A DNA stretch of 64,000 nt from positions 6,510,001 through 6,574,000 of the forward strand of contig CM035351.1 of assembly GCA_020137815.1 (NCBI GenBank), given 5' to 3'. This DNA comes from Hormiphora californensis (Eukaryota > Animalia > Ctenophora). The position numbers and the translations under genes were made by a program. Below, in pieces: positions 23,101-35,629 of this stretch; within the stretch, counting starts at the first letter, position 1; every line of letters starts with the position of its first letter. The notes beneath the pieces are model-generated. The model was given only the letters and a program-made list of their open reading frames with translations. It ran no database searches and was not told where the DNA came from.

Positions 23101-26100
23101 AATTTTTGTCTTCTTCCTCTACTTGAGATAAAGCAGCAAAAGTTGAAACTATCCAATATTTCAGGTTCACAACACTATGGGGACGTCATGTGTCAGGTAG
23201 CTGTAGTTTGATGCAGTTTAAACTGAGAGACTACCCAACTGAGCTGTGGAAATTCTCCAACATGAGCCTAACCGGTAAACCGCAGCAAAATGCCTTTTTG
23301 GAACTAAATTTCAAACTTCAAACATTGTTTTCTTATTCACAGAACAAGTTCATCTCTAAGAAATCCAATACAATAATTAATCAACTTGTGACAGTTGTAC
23401 AACGAACCTAAGCTCACCTAATCGTGTTCTTCCTGTCTAGGCTTCATGTGTGGGGCAGAGGCTGTCTCTCCAAATCACGCCATCAGAAAGACTAAAGTTG
23501 TCCTAAAGAAACCTTGGAAAACATTTGAGCTGGCTCGGGGGATGAACCCCCTCAAGTTCTTCTACAACTTGGATGTTGGTAAGTTTCAAGGATTCACTGT
23601 CAGGGTGAGACCACTGTCCTCACTCCGCTCAAAGTGAAGCGCACGAGAAAGGGCTAGTGCGTTGCCTGACAGCCCCCTGGCCCTGGTAGTTCATATCAGA
23701 CCTATTCTTAACCCCAGGGGGAACCAACCACTATTACTAACCCATATTTCCCCTGCACAACAGGTGTTGAAGTGTTTGATGTGGGTTGGGGAGCATGTTT
23801 GGAGCCTGCTTACCAGTTCTTTGGGCAGGCACTCGATCGGATCACTAAAAAGTCCCTGGACCCCTCCCCGCTCCTCCCCTTCTGGGACAAATTCAGAAAC
23901 ATCCTGCGGGGAGACCTCCGTATCTCTTCCCCTCGATTCACTATGAAGCTACTAAGTGAACGGGATCCCCTAAACAGTTCGGAGTACCTCTCTCTTTGTT
24001 CAGAGGATTTTGTATTCACATGGACAAACGGTGAGAAATTATACAACATGCGGAGTTGTGTCTCTTAAATATACCGTTACCCACCAATATGAGCTCTCTT
24101 ATATTACGAAACCCTCCTTCTATCTAAAATTGTACTAAAATCATCATCCTTCTATTTAAAAAAATTGTACTAACAATACCCCTCTTATTTTCAGGAAGGT
24201 TAGTGTTTGAGGGTGACACAGTGATCAAGAACAACAGCGAAAACAAGTATGGGGAGTGCCAGTTCATGACACTACCCAAACTCACCCTCTCATTCGATAT
24301 GATCTGGACGGTACGACACACCGGACACCCTGATGACCACTGGAGCTCCACTCCCCACGATCCCCGGTTTATCAAACCCTCCACCGAGAAATGGGACAGT
24401 TACCGGGACTTTAGGTCGTTATACCTCGACCTGAGGATCGGAATGAGGTTCGCTAGTGGGGAGGGATCTTTCCCCCGGATCAACTTGTACAGTAACACTC
24501 TGAAGTGGTTGGACTCTTGGTGGGTTGCCATGTCAACGGTATCCAGGCCTGTCTACAAAGGTCCTCTGTGGTGCAACCTCAAACCCCCGAAACAGAAGAT
24601 GGCACGGCATCTGAGGCGTGTGGAGTTTGAGACAATGTTCGACCAAGCCGAGGCGGAGGTGTGGACCTCCTTCAGAAAGAGGGCCGGTGCGAGGTTAACT
24701 GTAGGAGCAGGGAGTCTGCTGATCAACTATAAGTTATCACTATCAGAGTGGCCCCCTTATGAGCACTTTGACCCCATATCTGACGAGGTCCAGTACATAG
24801 TACTGTCCAGGAGACTTCGTATGAACTGGGAGACAGACAAGTGTTTGGCACATCTCAACAGTATCCAGTGTGTCCTGCTAGGGTCTGCGGGGGAGGAAGA
24901 TATCTTTGATACCAGGACTGCCCCCTCCTTCTTCCTTCTCTCTGTTGGCCTGGTGAAGTATAGTCAGAAGGATGAGAGGAGTCTCAGCACTGACTCGTTA
25001 AATAGCACCCACAGCAGAGAGAGCAGGGCATATTCCCACCAGGTTGAGATAAAGAATGTGAGAGGTAGCATTAACAAGGATACCAGAGAGCTCTTCCTAG
25101 CATTCCTCACCCAGTTTGAGAACAACAGGGCCCTGAAAAGGGATCTCTCCTCTGAGGCGATGAGAACTATTAGTTTTGATCAGAGGAAACACTCTAACAA
25201 GGTTGATAACTCCAAGGTGGAGCGATCGAAGAGTAACAGTGAGTGTGAGGGGACAGGGAGTGCGGTTCTATCCCAGATAGAGGGTGCTGTCAGTAGGGAT
25301 AAGTTAGATGAAACTAGCACGTCACGGGAGAAGTTGGCGGCTGAGGAAGCCTGTTCAGATGATGATATAAAGAACTGGCAGTGGTGTATCACGATAACTA
25401 ACGGGCAGGCGTCCATCCAGGGTCCCGAACAAAACGGTCTGCTACTTCTAACCACGGGGAAGTGTAGGGTGTTAGGGAAGGAGCATCAACCTGTACAGAG
25501 GGGTGGAGAATTCTTCTCCAAATTCTCCTGGACTTGTATTGTGGAGTATGTACAATACTTTGCTACTGTCAAAGAGGCACCTGATATGGTGATACCCTGG
25601 TTAGAACCGGAGGTGATATCCTCTAATAATAGAGTTAGGACAGACTCCACTGAGCCTGAATCGGTTGAGTCCCTCATCTCAGAAGACCAGGAGGAGAGTC
25701 TGAAGGGGCTGGTCAAGGAGGTACTAAACAAGGATGGGGTGCCTGTAACCATGTTACAGAGGATTGTCTCCAGATGTAGTTGCATCCTTTCCTTCGCTAA
25801 CTTTGGATCCCAGCCCCTCCAAGAGGACCCACAACTCAGTACTGACTCCATTCTTCAGACCCAGGAGCAACGATTCGGGGCATCAGAGCTCCTTACTGCG
25901 TTCTCCCTGAGGCATCGGAGATTAGAGATCGCAACCAACTCCCATCAGTTCAACATAATTATTGATTGTGTCAACAACCTACTGCTGAGGACAGAGGAAT
26001 CTAAAAGGTCCTCGACCCAGCGACTAGTGCACGCTATCAGCCTTATGAACAGCGGGGTAGAGAAAGCTAAAACGACAATAGCTGCCCTCCAGAAGGAAAC

Positions 26101-27509
26101 AAGGCTCTCAATTGGTCGAATCAAGGAGTTACAGAGGGCACTATACGAACAGGAAACCAGGCCCCTACACAGGCAGTTGCTGGAAGAGAAACGGAAGTTA
26201 AACAGCAACCGAGACAAACTGAGGATGACAATATCAGCATTTAAAGAGTTCATGAGTCGCCATGGTAACCTAGCAGAGGAACAGTTGGCATACCAGAGTT
26301 ATGAGACTGAGGTGCGGAAGAACGAGATCTGTATAGACAAGGCAACGTGGAGTCTCACGGAGGAATGTGGTCAGATCCCCCTATTGGAGGTTAACATTGG
26401 GCATGAGCGGAACGGTTTCTCCTACTCCAGGACCATCTTCAGTACCTCAACAGCCGGGGAACAAGATATGAACGATAGGAGGTTCTCCAGTGATCACAAG
26501 ATTGTCTTTGGAGGTTTCTGCGTCAAGGACCTACAAGATGTGAACTCACCCCGGAACATCTTATTCCCCAAAACGCAGCAGAGTGGGGACACCAACTCAC
26601 TAAATGAGATCCTGCGTGTGAACCTGAGACAGAACCACAACACAGTGGGTGGGATCATCATTAACAGACATTTTGAAGTGAAGATGGAGCCCCTTGTGAT
26701 TAGGATTGAGGAGACGGTCAGGAAGGAGATCCAGAGATTCTTCGTGGGGGAAGATCGGGGTAGAGAGGATGATATTATGGATATGCAGGATGATAACATG
26801 TCAATAGATCCAATTGACTACGCTGTGAAGATGAAGGCCGAGACCTCTAAACGGGATAAAAGGGGTCGAGGGGGCATCAAGAAGTTGACTAAAGGGTCCA
26901 GTCAGAGTGATCTCGATGTGATGGAGAAGAGGAACCAGCAGCCATTCTTCCAGACCATCAGAATCCCTGAGTTCACCGTGATACTCTCCTACAGGTCCCG
27001 TCTTATCTCAGTAACCGATAAGAAGTTACATTTCCGTCCCATTAATCTCAGTGACAGAAGATTCACATGGAGAGAGCTTGCACTGGTGGTCAAGAAGGAG
27101 ATTATCAAGCAGTCTACGAACCTGATCAGACGTAACAAACAGAACCCCCTCTCTCGTCTCCTTCACAACACCACCAACATAGGTAGTGATACGAATGAGG
27201 ATGAGATATCCAGCCTTCTGGTTGGGAGGGACACTGAGGACACCCTTACGAAGGGATCAGGGACTGCCGGGAGCAAACTAAAGAACACCATTGTCTCTTT
27301 TGAAACCTAGGAAGCTGAGGACAGTACCCTCCCACCCTGTAGAGCAGGACGTGTGTGTGAAGGAGGGGACGGAGAATCCTGGGGAGTGGGAGAGCGAGGA
27401 ACCTAGTATAGAGGACACTATTGGTGAGCTCATGATGGTTAGTAGACCCAGTGTAACAGATGAGGGTAGTGATAAGGAGGAGGAAGAGTATTCAATTTCA
27501 TCAGACTGA
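17117..27509 (+). CDS. BLTP2: Bridge-like lipid transfer protein 2 (KIAA0100/Hobbit/Fmp27), multi-exon
   Basis: Exon 1 encodes the TM anchor MDIWLYFVFLLVAVLAVFCLSR then GTAAG; internal motifs FKLRDYP...LW, MNPLKFFY, DPSPLLPFWDKFR, DSYRDFRS, LQRIVSRC, VGGIII.RHFEV; 3.1-kb terminal exon 24196-27310, with a possible frameshift into 27291-27509; exon boundaries approximate. Confidence 0.85.
22130..22270. repeat. Intronic minisatellite (~30-bp unit GGGGGTCTTACATAATGTTAGTA)
   Basis: About 5 degenerate tandem copies. Confidence 0.7.
22496..22626. mobile_element. Small palindromic MITE in a BLTP2 intron
   Basis: AGCGAAACAACAACGAACTGGCTGC ... GCAGCCAGTTCGTTGTTGTTTCGCT inverted arms. Confidence 0.6.
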
Positions 27510-29023
27510 GTGTTACTTCCAGGCCTGCAGTGCTCATTGCTCTGGTGGCGGTTCTCGTTCAGACTGAGTGTTACTTCCAGGCCAGTGCTCATTGCTCAGG
27601 CTCTGACGGCGGTTCTCGTTCAGACTGAGAATAGGGACAGGCCCTGACAGGAGTGTTATTGATCAGAGAGTGTTGTTACACATTATGTTTCTTTGTGTAA
27701 TTTGTCAGTTTAGATGTTAGCGTGAGTTTATAATTATGCGATTCAGAGATCTTGAGCAGCAATCGTCCGTATCTCGTATACTCCAAGGAGAGGAGACTTC
27801 CCTTGCGATACGGGCCCGTAACAGACTGTTTACTAATCACTTTGACTCTGTGTGTTTTGCATGGTAATAATATTATGTGGGTGTTTGTATCCCTTTTTGG
27901 TTTTCTGATTTTTATGCAACCTTTAATAGTTGCCCTTTGGAAAACACCGCTCTTTTTCATTGAATTCGGGGGATGGGACAACTTAACCACGTGTAACTGT
28001 AACAATATCTGGCACCATGCCAGATCTTGTTGAATGTTGAGTAGGAGGTGGAGAAGACCCCTTGGCCTTTACTCAAAAACAGACCCATTATATGAGCATA
28101 CACGTGGTCCGATTAGAGGATTCAAAACGGGATCAGCCGCCAAACAGATTCAGGGTACATGTGTCACGTATTTTTATTGTCCCATCCCCCTGTGTTGTTG
28201 TACAAATTGAAATGGGGCTGGTGTTGCGGAGTTAAACACAAAGATATTATCACAGTCCACAACTCAAATATATAAACATAAAAAGCAAAGAATCATCGAG
28301 CCACTGATCACGATGATGGTCAACTACTCTCTAGAACTGTCTATATAATTCGAGGTTTACACAAGGAATTTCTTAGAAAACCGGCTCAAAATATTTGGTG
28401 GTTAAGTAGAAGTGGTTAAGAAGAAGTGGTTAAGTAGAAGTTGGTGTGAAGTGAAACTGGAAAACTCTCATCGCGATATAGGCTTGGGTATGATATCCCC
28501 CCTTCTTCTATCCTCCTGCGCTGTCTCTCTCTCATGTTATCGCGCCCAAGAAGAGAGGGGACACTGTACCCAAGATATAGGCAGGGGTGAATTTGATAGA
28601 GCGGACAAGGGACTGCATATTTGGGTTTCAACTAATCGAACAATTATCACGCTTGATAATGTCACAGTATTTACGTTCTGTCACACAGTGACGAACAATT
28701 TCACCAACTCATAATGTCAAAAATTTCTTTTTTCGTATTAGGAGGAGAGGAAATAACATCACGTGATATATAAATAAGAACAAAACTTTAACTCATCGTC
28801 ATGATATCACACTTGGCCACATTGATACCTGAGTGAGATCGACGTCACGTGAATAGGCTGCAATGGAGCCAAATATCATACTACTTGTGGGGAGGAGCAA
28901 GTAAGAAGGCCTAATAAGGTCACACAACATCTTCTCCTTACTCAACAAACATCTTCATGGCGCATTATTATTCATAATATTATACACATCATATCAGCAC
29001 TATATTAACAGGGGGTTCATTGT

Positions 29024-32000
29024 TCAAATTGTAGTCCCGACCATTTGATTGAGTGCTAACACCCCCTTAGTGATGGCTGATGTGGCGGTAGTGAGGGTAG
29101 CGTTCATCATGGGGGGATTACTCATCATTGAGGAGGTGGGACTCAGCCTGCTGCGGACCATGCTCGCTTTTAACGGAGAGTAGTGACTCTGAGGAGGGGA
29201 GAGTGTATTAGTTTTGGGAAGTGCAGCAGGTTATATAATCACTCCGATTTAGTTACATAATGTTAGTTGTCAGTAATTGGTAAGAAAAGGCAATAGAGTA
29301 ACCCAGTTTTCTACCATGCAGTATAGAACACCTACCCCAGCAAAGTCAATAGAGTTTGGAGAGTGAGGGGGAGTTTGTTTGAAGGAGGGAGATGTCGTCT
29401 TCTTACAGTCCTCACTTCCACCACCCATACTGTCCATCGTCTGACCCCGGCGGCGGCTAATAGCCCGTTTATTTTGGAACCAGTACACCACAGTGTGTAG
29501 GGAGAGGGAGAGTTTCTTGCACAGTTCTAACCGAGACTCCCTGTCCAGATACTGGGACTTGCTGTATGCCTCCTCTAACCCTTGTAACTGTCTCTGGGGG
29601 AGAGTGGTTATGTTTACAATACAATTCTATATAGAGCGGGGAGGGGTTCTTGAACGTTCTAGAATCAGAAGATGAATAATTTTTAGAATCGGGGTGACGC
29701 ACGTCTCACCAGTAACCGGTTCAATCTGTCTTGTAATATTAGGTCATTCGGTAAATATCTGGACAGGTATGATTGTGAGAGAACGGAGCCAGATAGAGCC
29801 AAGCGACCTGTTCCAGCGTCTTCCTTGGACATTTTGAGGTTGGACTAGGATGGTGGGAACCTTCGCCTGCTGGCAGTATTGCCTCACGAGCAATATGTTT
29901 CAATGCTACTCTAGCTGCCGCTTTATGCGAGAAAAAACTGTGGCACTACGGATGATTGAATATGTCATGGCATTTTCTGTATTGGGGACAGATTATCGGT
30001 TTGACCAGTGTTCCTAGATCACTTTTTAAGCCTGAATTATATGATGCAACCATTATTGAAGCGTTTAGATTCCATCTTCATCCTTAAAAATTGGATTTTT
30101 GCCAAAATTTCGCCTTGCGCACTTCATGGCCGTTTTTGTACGTTCTAAACGTCTAAATGACTTGAATCCAACGTTAAATGTTAGCTTATTCAATTTTCGA
30201 GGTCCTATGTTAGTTTTATTACGATCGGTCAATGGATACCTGGCTCATGGCGGCTTTTTTCAACATTTGTAAAAAAATTTAAAATCCAGCTTTACCAAAT
30301 CTAGCGAAAATCGCTTCCCCATGCTAGAAATTTTATCCAAAAATTTCAGGAAGGTTTATGGAGTATCTCAAGGCATTTAATAAGCAATATATAGGGTTAA
30401 AAACTTTCCCAATTATCCGGAAGTAGGTCATATTGGTCCAAAATTGAGTTAAAAGTTAGCATCAAGCGGCAGCTAGAGTAGCATTGAAACATATTGCTCG
30501 TGAGGCAATACCGCCAGCAGGCGAAGGTTCCCACCATCCTAGTCCAACCTCAAAATGTCCAAGGAAGACGCTGGAACAGGTCGCTTGGCTCTATCTGGCT
30601 CCGTTCTCTCACAAACATACCTGTCCAGATATTTACCGAATGACCTAATAGTTGTCTAGTTTGGCTATATATTTACCTCAGTAAAAACAGTACGACGCCG
30701 TCTCTTAAAGGGTGGTGTCATTTGATCGTAATCTGAGGGAGAAAACCAGTCAATATTCTCCCTCCCTTCTTGTATCCCATATATAATTAACTCTCCTTTC
30801 TCTCCCGGCTCCCCCACTCTCTCTCCCCCACTCTCTCCCCAGCTTTCCCTCCCATTACATTGCATTCTCGTCAGTTTAGCAACTTGTCAGTTCACCACGT
30901 ACCTCCTATGGGATCACCGTTAGCGCTGCTCTGACGACTGAAGTGACACCCTCCCTGATCACCTCGGTGATGTAGCATGTCCTGTTTTTTACCACCCATG
31001 TGCTCCTCAATAACACTGTTCATCAAACTATCAATATCCATCGCGTCCTTCTTATCTCCAAAAGATCTCTTCTAAGGACGGTTCGGTGTCATTGAATGAT
31101 ATTATAGCGGTGCATTGTTGCCAAGTTAGACTGTTATTGAACAAAACAAGTGCATTGCACAGGATTACCTGAATAAACTGAATATATAAATTATTATTAC
31201 TTACAGTGACGCTAGGTTTCACCATGGTCGGTATAGAGCTAGGAGTGGTGGTTGAGGATACTCCTCTATAAAAGGGTCCCGTCCGAGAGGTGTTCTTGCC
31301 GGAGAACAGGGGAGAGGTACAGAGGGAGGTTAGACGGTTGGAATTGGACAACAAGTTGTTTCCCGAGCACATACCTAGTAAGGGATGGAGAATTGTTGGG
31401 TGGAGAAGGTTTAGGCTGACAGCTTCTGCTAAAAGGTATTTAGGAGCGGCCGGAATATTGGAATATGGCTACTTTTTCTCAGCTCTATAAACACGGTGTA
31501 CCAGTACCAGCGAACCGTTTATAATATAAGGAGCACTAGCACAACTTTGTGATTTGAACGGCTCCTGTCAGGCCAATGCTCTGACCACAGTTCTCGCGAG
31601 AGAAACGAGAATGGGTCAGGCCAATGCTCTGACAGAACGGCTCCGTATCCATGGTAACAGTTCGGTACCCATGGTAACAGTTCGGTACCCATGGTAACAG
31701 TTCAGTAACCATGGTAACAGTTCAGTAACCATGGTAACAGCTCCGTAACCATGGTATTGCCAATACTATTGGTACTCACCTCCGCTGCTTAGAAGCGATG
31801 GTTTTGTGATGGTGGGGGTTGCTCCTGAGAACTGATCACTAGATTTCACCAGACTGTTTAGTTGGGGGTGTTGCCCGAGGTTAGCTGTAGAGGTGTTTAG
31901 CGCATCGAGAAGTAGTGCGTAGGAGGTGAGGGGGAGAGACCCCATTAGGCCTGGTTGGAGTAGTGATAGTCCTGCCGTGTCTCGTGTAGCATCTGTGGGG

Positions 32001-35000
32001 AGTTTTCAGTTAAGGAAACAGAAACAGGGTTTTAATTTGGGCACGTTGTATCCCTCTTTGCTTGCGCTAAGGTTTTAATTGATTTTTGCAAAACATCCCA
32101 CTCAGATTACCTAATCGATTGTCTGAATCATCCCTGAATTTCACAGGACCGGTAACTTGGCTCTGTATGGATTTCATCTGGTTCTGCAGCACTGACTCAT
32201 CCGCAGCAAGCACAGCACTATTCTGAAATATGAGCAACATGTTAGATAACTGTGTTAGGTTGTGTTAGTTGTAACACAAACAATCTCAAATAATGTCAAA
32301 TATATTGGTCCTACATAGAGTGCTGAGTCACTGTACTGTCGCGGGGGTATAGGTGGCATGTAGTTGGTGTATATCGAGGGTTCACTGTGCTGTCTTGGGG
32401 GCAGTCCCCCGCCCTGGTACCCCCGACCCTGGTACCGGGGTTTCAGCGTCGTGTAAACTGTCGTGTCGTGGCGTCTGTTAGGTTTTGAGAATGCCCCACT
32501 TGATTCTGTAGCCTCTACCCCGCTCGTGCTGAGTGTCTTTGGTCCCGTCAGTTTGTTGATAACAACTGGTGTCTGTAATGTTAGGAGTAGGGGAATAGGT
32601 GTCTGTAATGTTAGGAGTAGGGGAAGGTGTCTGTATGTAACATGTGTTCTTTCTGTCTTATAGTTCTCTCTGTGTAATAACATGATCTCTCTGTATTATA
32701 ACATGTTTTCTCTGTATGTTATAGTTCACTTTGTAGTAGCTCTCTCACTAAAGCGAAATAGTATCTTTAGGATGATTCACGGTATAGCTGCCTAGTAATA
32801 GCTGGTCCCCCATCAATTCATTTAAATTATAGCCCTTTCCCCCTTTTACTAATTAGCCCTCTAATTTACCGAAATCTCGACTATCAGAGAGGGACAGAGA
32901 GAGAGAGAGAGAGGAGACTGGGATAGAGGGACTGGGATAGAGAAAGAGGGAAAGCACTTCAGTTATGTCAAGTACTACAGGTCTCTCTCTCACCAGTAGA
33001 CTGACACGATGGTAATTATTATAGCCCCCCCTATTGCTTGTCACCCTTTCTTAATTATAATTTCCTGTCAGATCTAGAACCCCATTTAGCATCCCCCTTT
33101 ACCTGTTGAAGCTGCTGTAGTGCTTTTGCAGCAACAAACATGGCAGCATCACGCTCAGACCGAGTAGGGGATGTTGTCGCACTGGTGGTGGTGGTGTGTT
33201 TAATGGGAGACGGTTTAATGATGGTAGGGGTGAATGCGGGTCTGGTTGCCATGGTGTTGGTTGGGCATTCTTCGTACTGACAACCTGCATCCCTGGTAAC
33301 TGGGGCTATCTGGGAACCACGACACACCTGAGGAGGAGGGGGAGGGAGGGTTAGAAGGGTGGGGGTTAGAAGAGGGGGAGGGATCAGGGTTAAGAGGGAG
33401 GTTAAGAGGGGCTTCAGAGCAGGAAACGACCGAACCGGGTTTTTTTCCACCGAACCGAACCGAACCGAATTTGAAAAACTTTTTTACCGAACCGAACCGA
33501 ACCGAACCGAACCGAATTTCGGTAACCGAACCGAACCGAACCATACAAAACTTTTTCTGTAGGTATAAATGTTTCTCTAAAAAGTCATGGAGAGCACCGA
33601 TCAAGGTATTGAGAATCATTCTCTGAAATTTTGTTAAAAAATGTTTGAAAAAATTTCAAAGTCAATTTTGTGAAAAAATTTTCAAAGTCAATTTTATCGT
33701 AAATTTTCTATGTCAATATTTGCGTACGAATCGTGTTTCGAATCGGCAATGCTATACGGGAATGGTATTGCTAATTAGCAGGATTAAACGAACCATGAAT
33801 CGTGTCTCTCTAAATTTCCTAATTAGATTTGATGGGGGATCACGTATCAGCACAATCCATCTCGGACCCACTAATTACCAACATCACTCCCGTTTAGCAT
33901 TGTCGATTAGAAACACGATTCGTATACCATAATTTACTTAAAATATTTTTCACAAAAAAAATTTCACAAAATTTCAGGTAATGATTCTCAATACCTTGAT
34001 CGATGCTCTCCATGAATTTTTAGAGAAACATTTAATTTTGTGAAAAAACTTTGTAAAATATTTCAAAGTCAATTTCGGAAAAAAAATTCTATGTCAATTT
34101 TGCCGTACGAATCGTGTTGCGAATCGGTGATGCTATGCGGCAGTGCTCTCGCTAATTAGCAGGATTTATTGAAACATGAATCGTTTCCCCTAAACTTCCT
34201 AATTAGATTTGATGGGGGATCACGTATCAGCATAATCCATTTCGGACCCACTAATTAGCAACATCACTCCCGCTTAGCAATACCGATTCGAAACACGATT
34301 CGTACGCAAAAATTGACATAGAAAAATTTCCATAAAATTGACTTTGAAATATTTTTTACAAAATTTCAGAGAATGATTCTTAACACCTTGATCGGTGCTC
34401 TCCATAAATCTTTTGAAAAAAAAGTTTCTGAATTTGTTGACCCTCTCATGAGGACACGATTCGACGGGAAGTCAGGTATCAAATCAATCCATATCGAACC
34501 CGCTAACTAGCGAAATCATTTCCACATAGCACCACCGATTCGAAATAGGGTTAATATGGCGAAATTGACATTGAAATCCATACAATTTTCGTGAAATAAT
34601 TGAAAAATTTTGCATGAAAAAGCCCGATTTCTGGGCATTTTTTGACCAAAAAATTCGGTGGTTCGGCCAAAATTTCCTACCGAACCGAACCGAACCGAAC
34701 CGCCCAAAAAACACCGAATTTCCGAACCGAACCGAACCGAACCGAATATTCGGTCGCTTCCTGCTTCAGAGGGAGGGATCAGGATTAGAAGGTTTCAGAA
34801 TCATTACTACTTAGCAGGGGACGATTACTGCAGAGGTGATGTGGATTGGTGGAATATTGTCGAGTGATTGTCTGGGTGTGGAGTGGTGTGGAGTATTGTG
34901 GAGTATTGTGGAGTATTGTGGTGTGGAGTGTTGTCGAGTGATGGTCTGGGTGTTATATTTACCGTGTCACTGGATGCCTGGATGCCGCATTCCGATGTCA

Positions 35001-35083
35001 CCGCACTGGTTGTATCCTTGTTGTCCTTGTTCTCGGTGTGTTGTTGCAGTACTTGCAGGGCAGAGGCTTGGGAGTGCATCACT
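29024..35083 (-). CDS. Multi-exon homeobox transcription factor (divergent Q50 homeodomain, PRD-like/unclassified)
   Basis: Splicing exon 30677-30732 to exon 29336-29593 gives KRRRRTVFTE|RQLQGLEEAYSKSQYLDRESRLELCKKLSLSLHTVVYWFQNKRAISRRR; upstream P/S/T-rich exons with GT-AG boundaries run to ~35083; first exon not located. Confidence 0.75.
29739..30648. mobile_element. Non-autonomous Tc1/mariner-like element in the intron that splits the homeodomain
   Basis: ~185-bp TIRs (TTAGGTCATTCGGTAAATATCTGG...), TA on both sides. Confidence 0.8.
31648..31756. repeat. 20-bp minisatellite (CCATGGTAACAGTTCGGTAC)
   Basis: About 5.5 tandem copies. Confidence 0.85.
33420..34763. mobile_element. Non-autonomous hAT-like element with subterminal (ACCGA)n arrays, intronic
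   Basis: TIR CAGGAA(A/G)CGACCGAA; 8-bp TSD CTTCAGAG at 33412-33419 and 34764-34771. Confidence 0.85.
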
Positions 35084-35148
35084 AAAATGGAGATGAGATC
35101 ATTAGAAACTAGAGTCTTCAGAGAAGGGGAGGTACTGAGAAAAGGGAG

Positions 35149-35578
35149 AGTAGTATAGTGTGCACAGTAGGGACCCCTTTTTGACGCGAACAGGGGGAAA
35201 CTGCCTCATGACGTCACAAGTAACGTGATATGAAACACCTGTGCACCGTGAATATTTCTTAACATGTTGCGCTGGCTAGATGAAATATTGCGCTGACAAG
35301 GGCCACCGAGTGTGAGCACTTAAAATGAGCACTTTTTTGTGCTCCGATAACAATTTTTGATCTTGGAGATAAAATAAGCTTGTTCGCAACCTAGCAATAG
35401 ACTCGATAATAGTAAAACGCTGACAAGGGCCACAGGGTTGGCCGTGTGAATACAGAGGGAATATGACGTCACTCGGCATATTATGAAGTAATCATGAATG
35501 ATCATTCAGTGACAGTGAATGATCATTAATGATCATGAATGATCATTTTAAGGTCATTTTAGAGGTAGAGACAAACAA
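35149..35578 (+). repeat. Left terminal inverted repeat of the mini-Polinton
   Basis: Reverse complement of 38286-38715; weaker similarity continues ~35 bp inward. Confidence 0.95.
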
Positions 35579-35629
35579 ACAACTCTTTTTTTTAAAGGAT
35601 ATCAAATATATATTTCACATAATCTAAGG

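Noticed and set aside
33215-34867. ORFs with RFGSV/TEPNR repeats
   Set aside because: Translations of the (ACCGA)n subterminal arrays of the hAT-like element.
35276-35505. 61- and 67-aa ORFs here and their mirror copies at 38359-38588
   Set aside because: They lie wholly within the TIRs and have no recognisable motifs; their duplication only reflects TIR identity.
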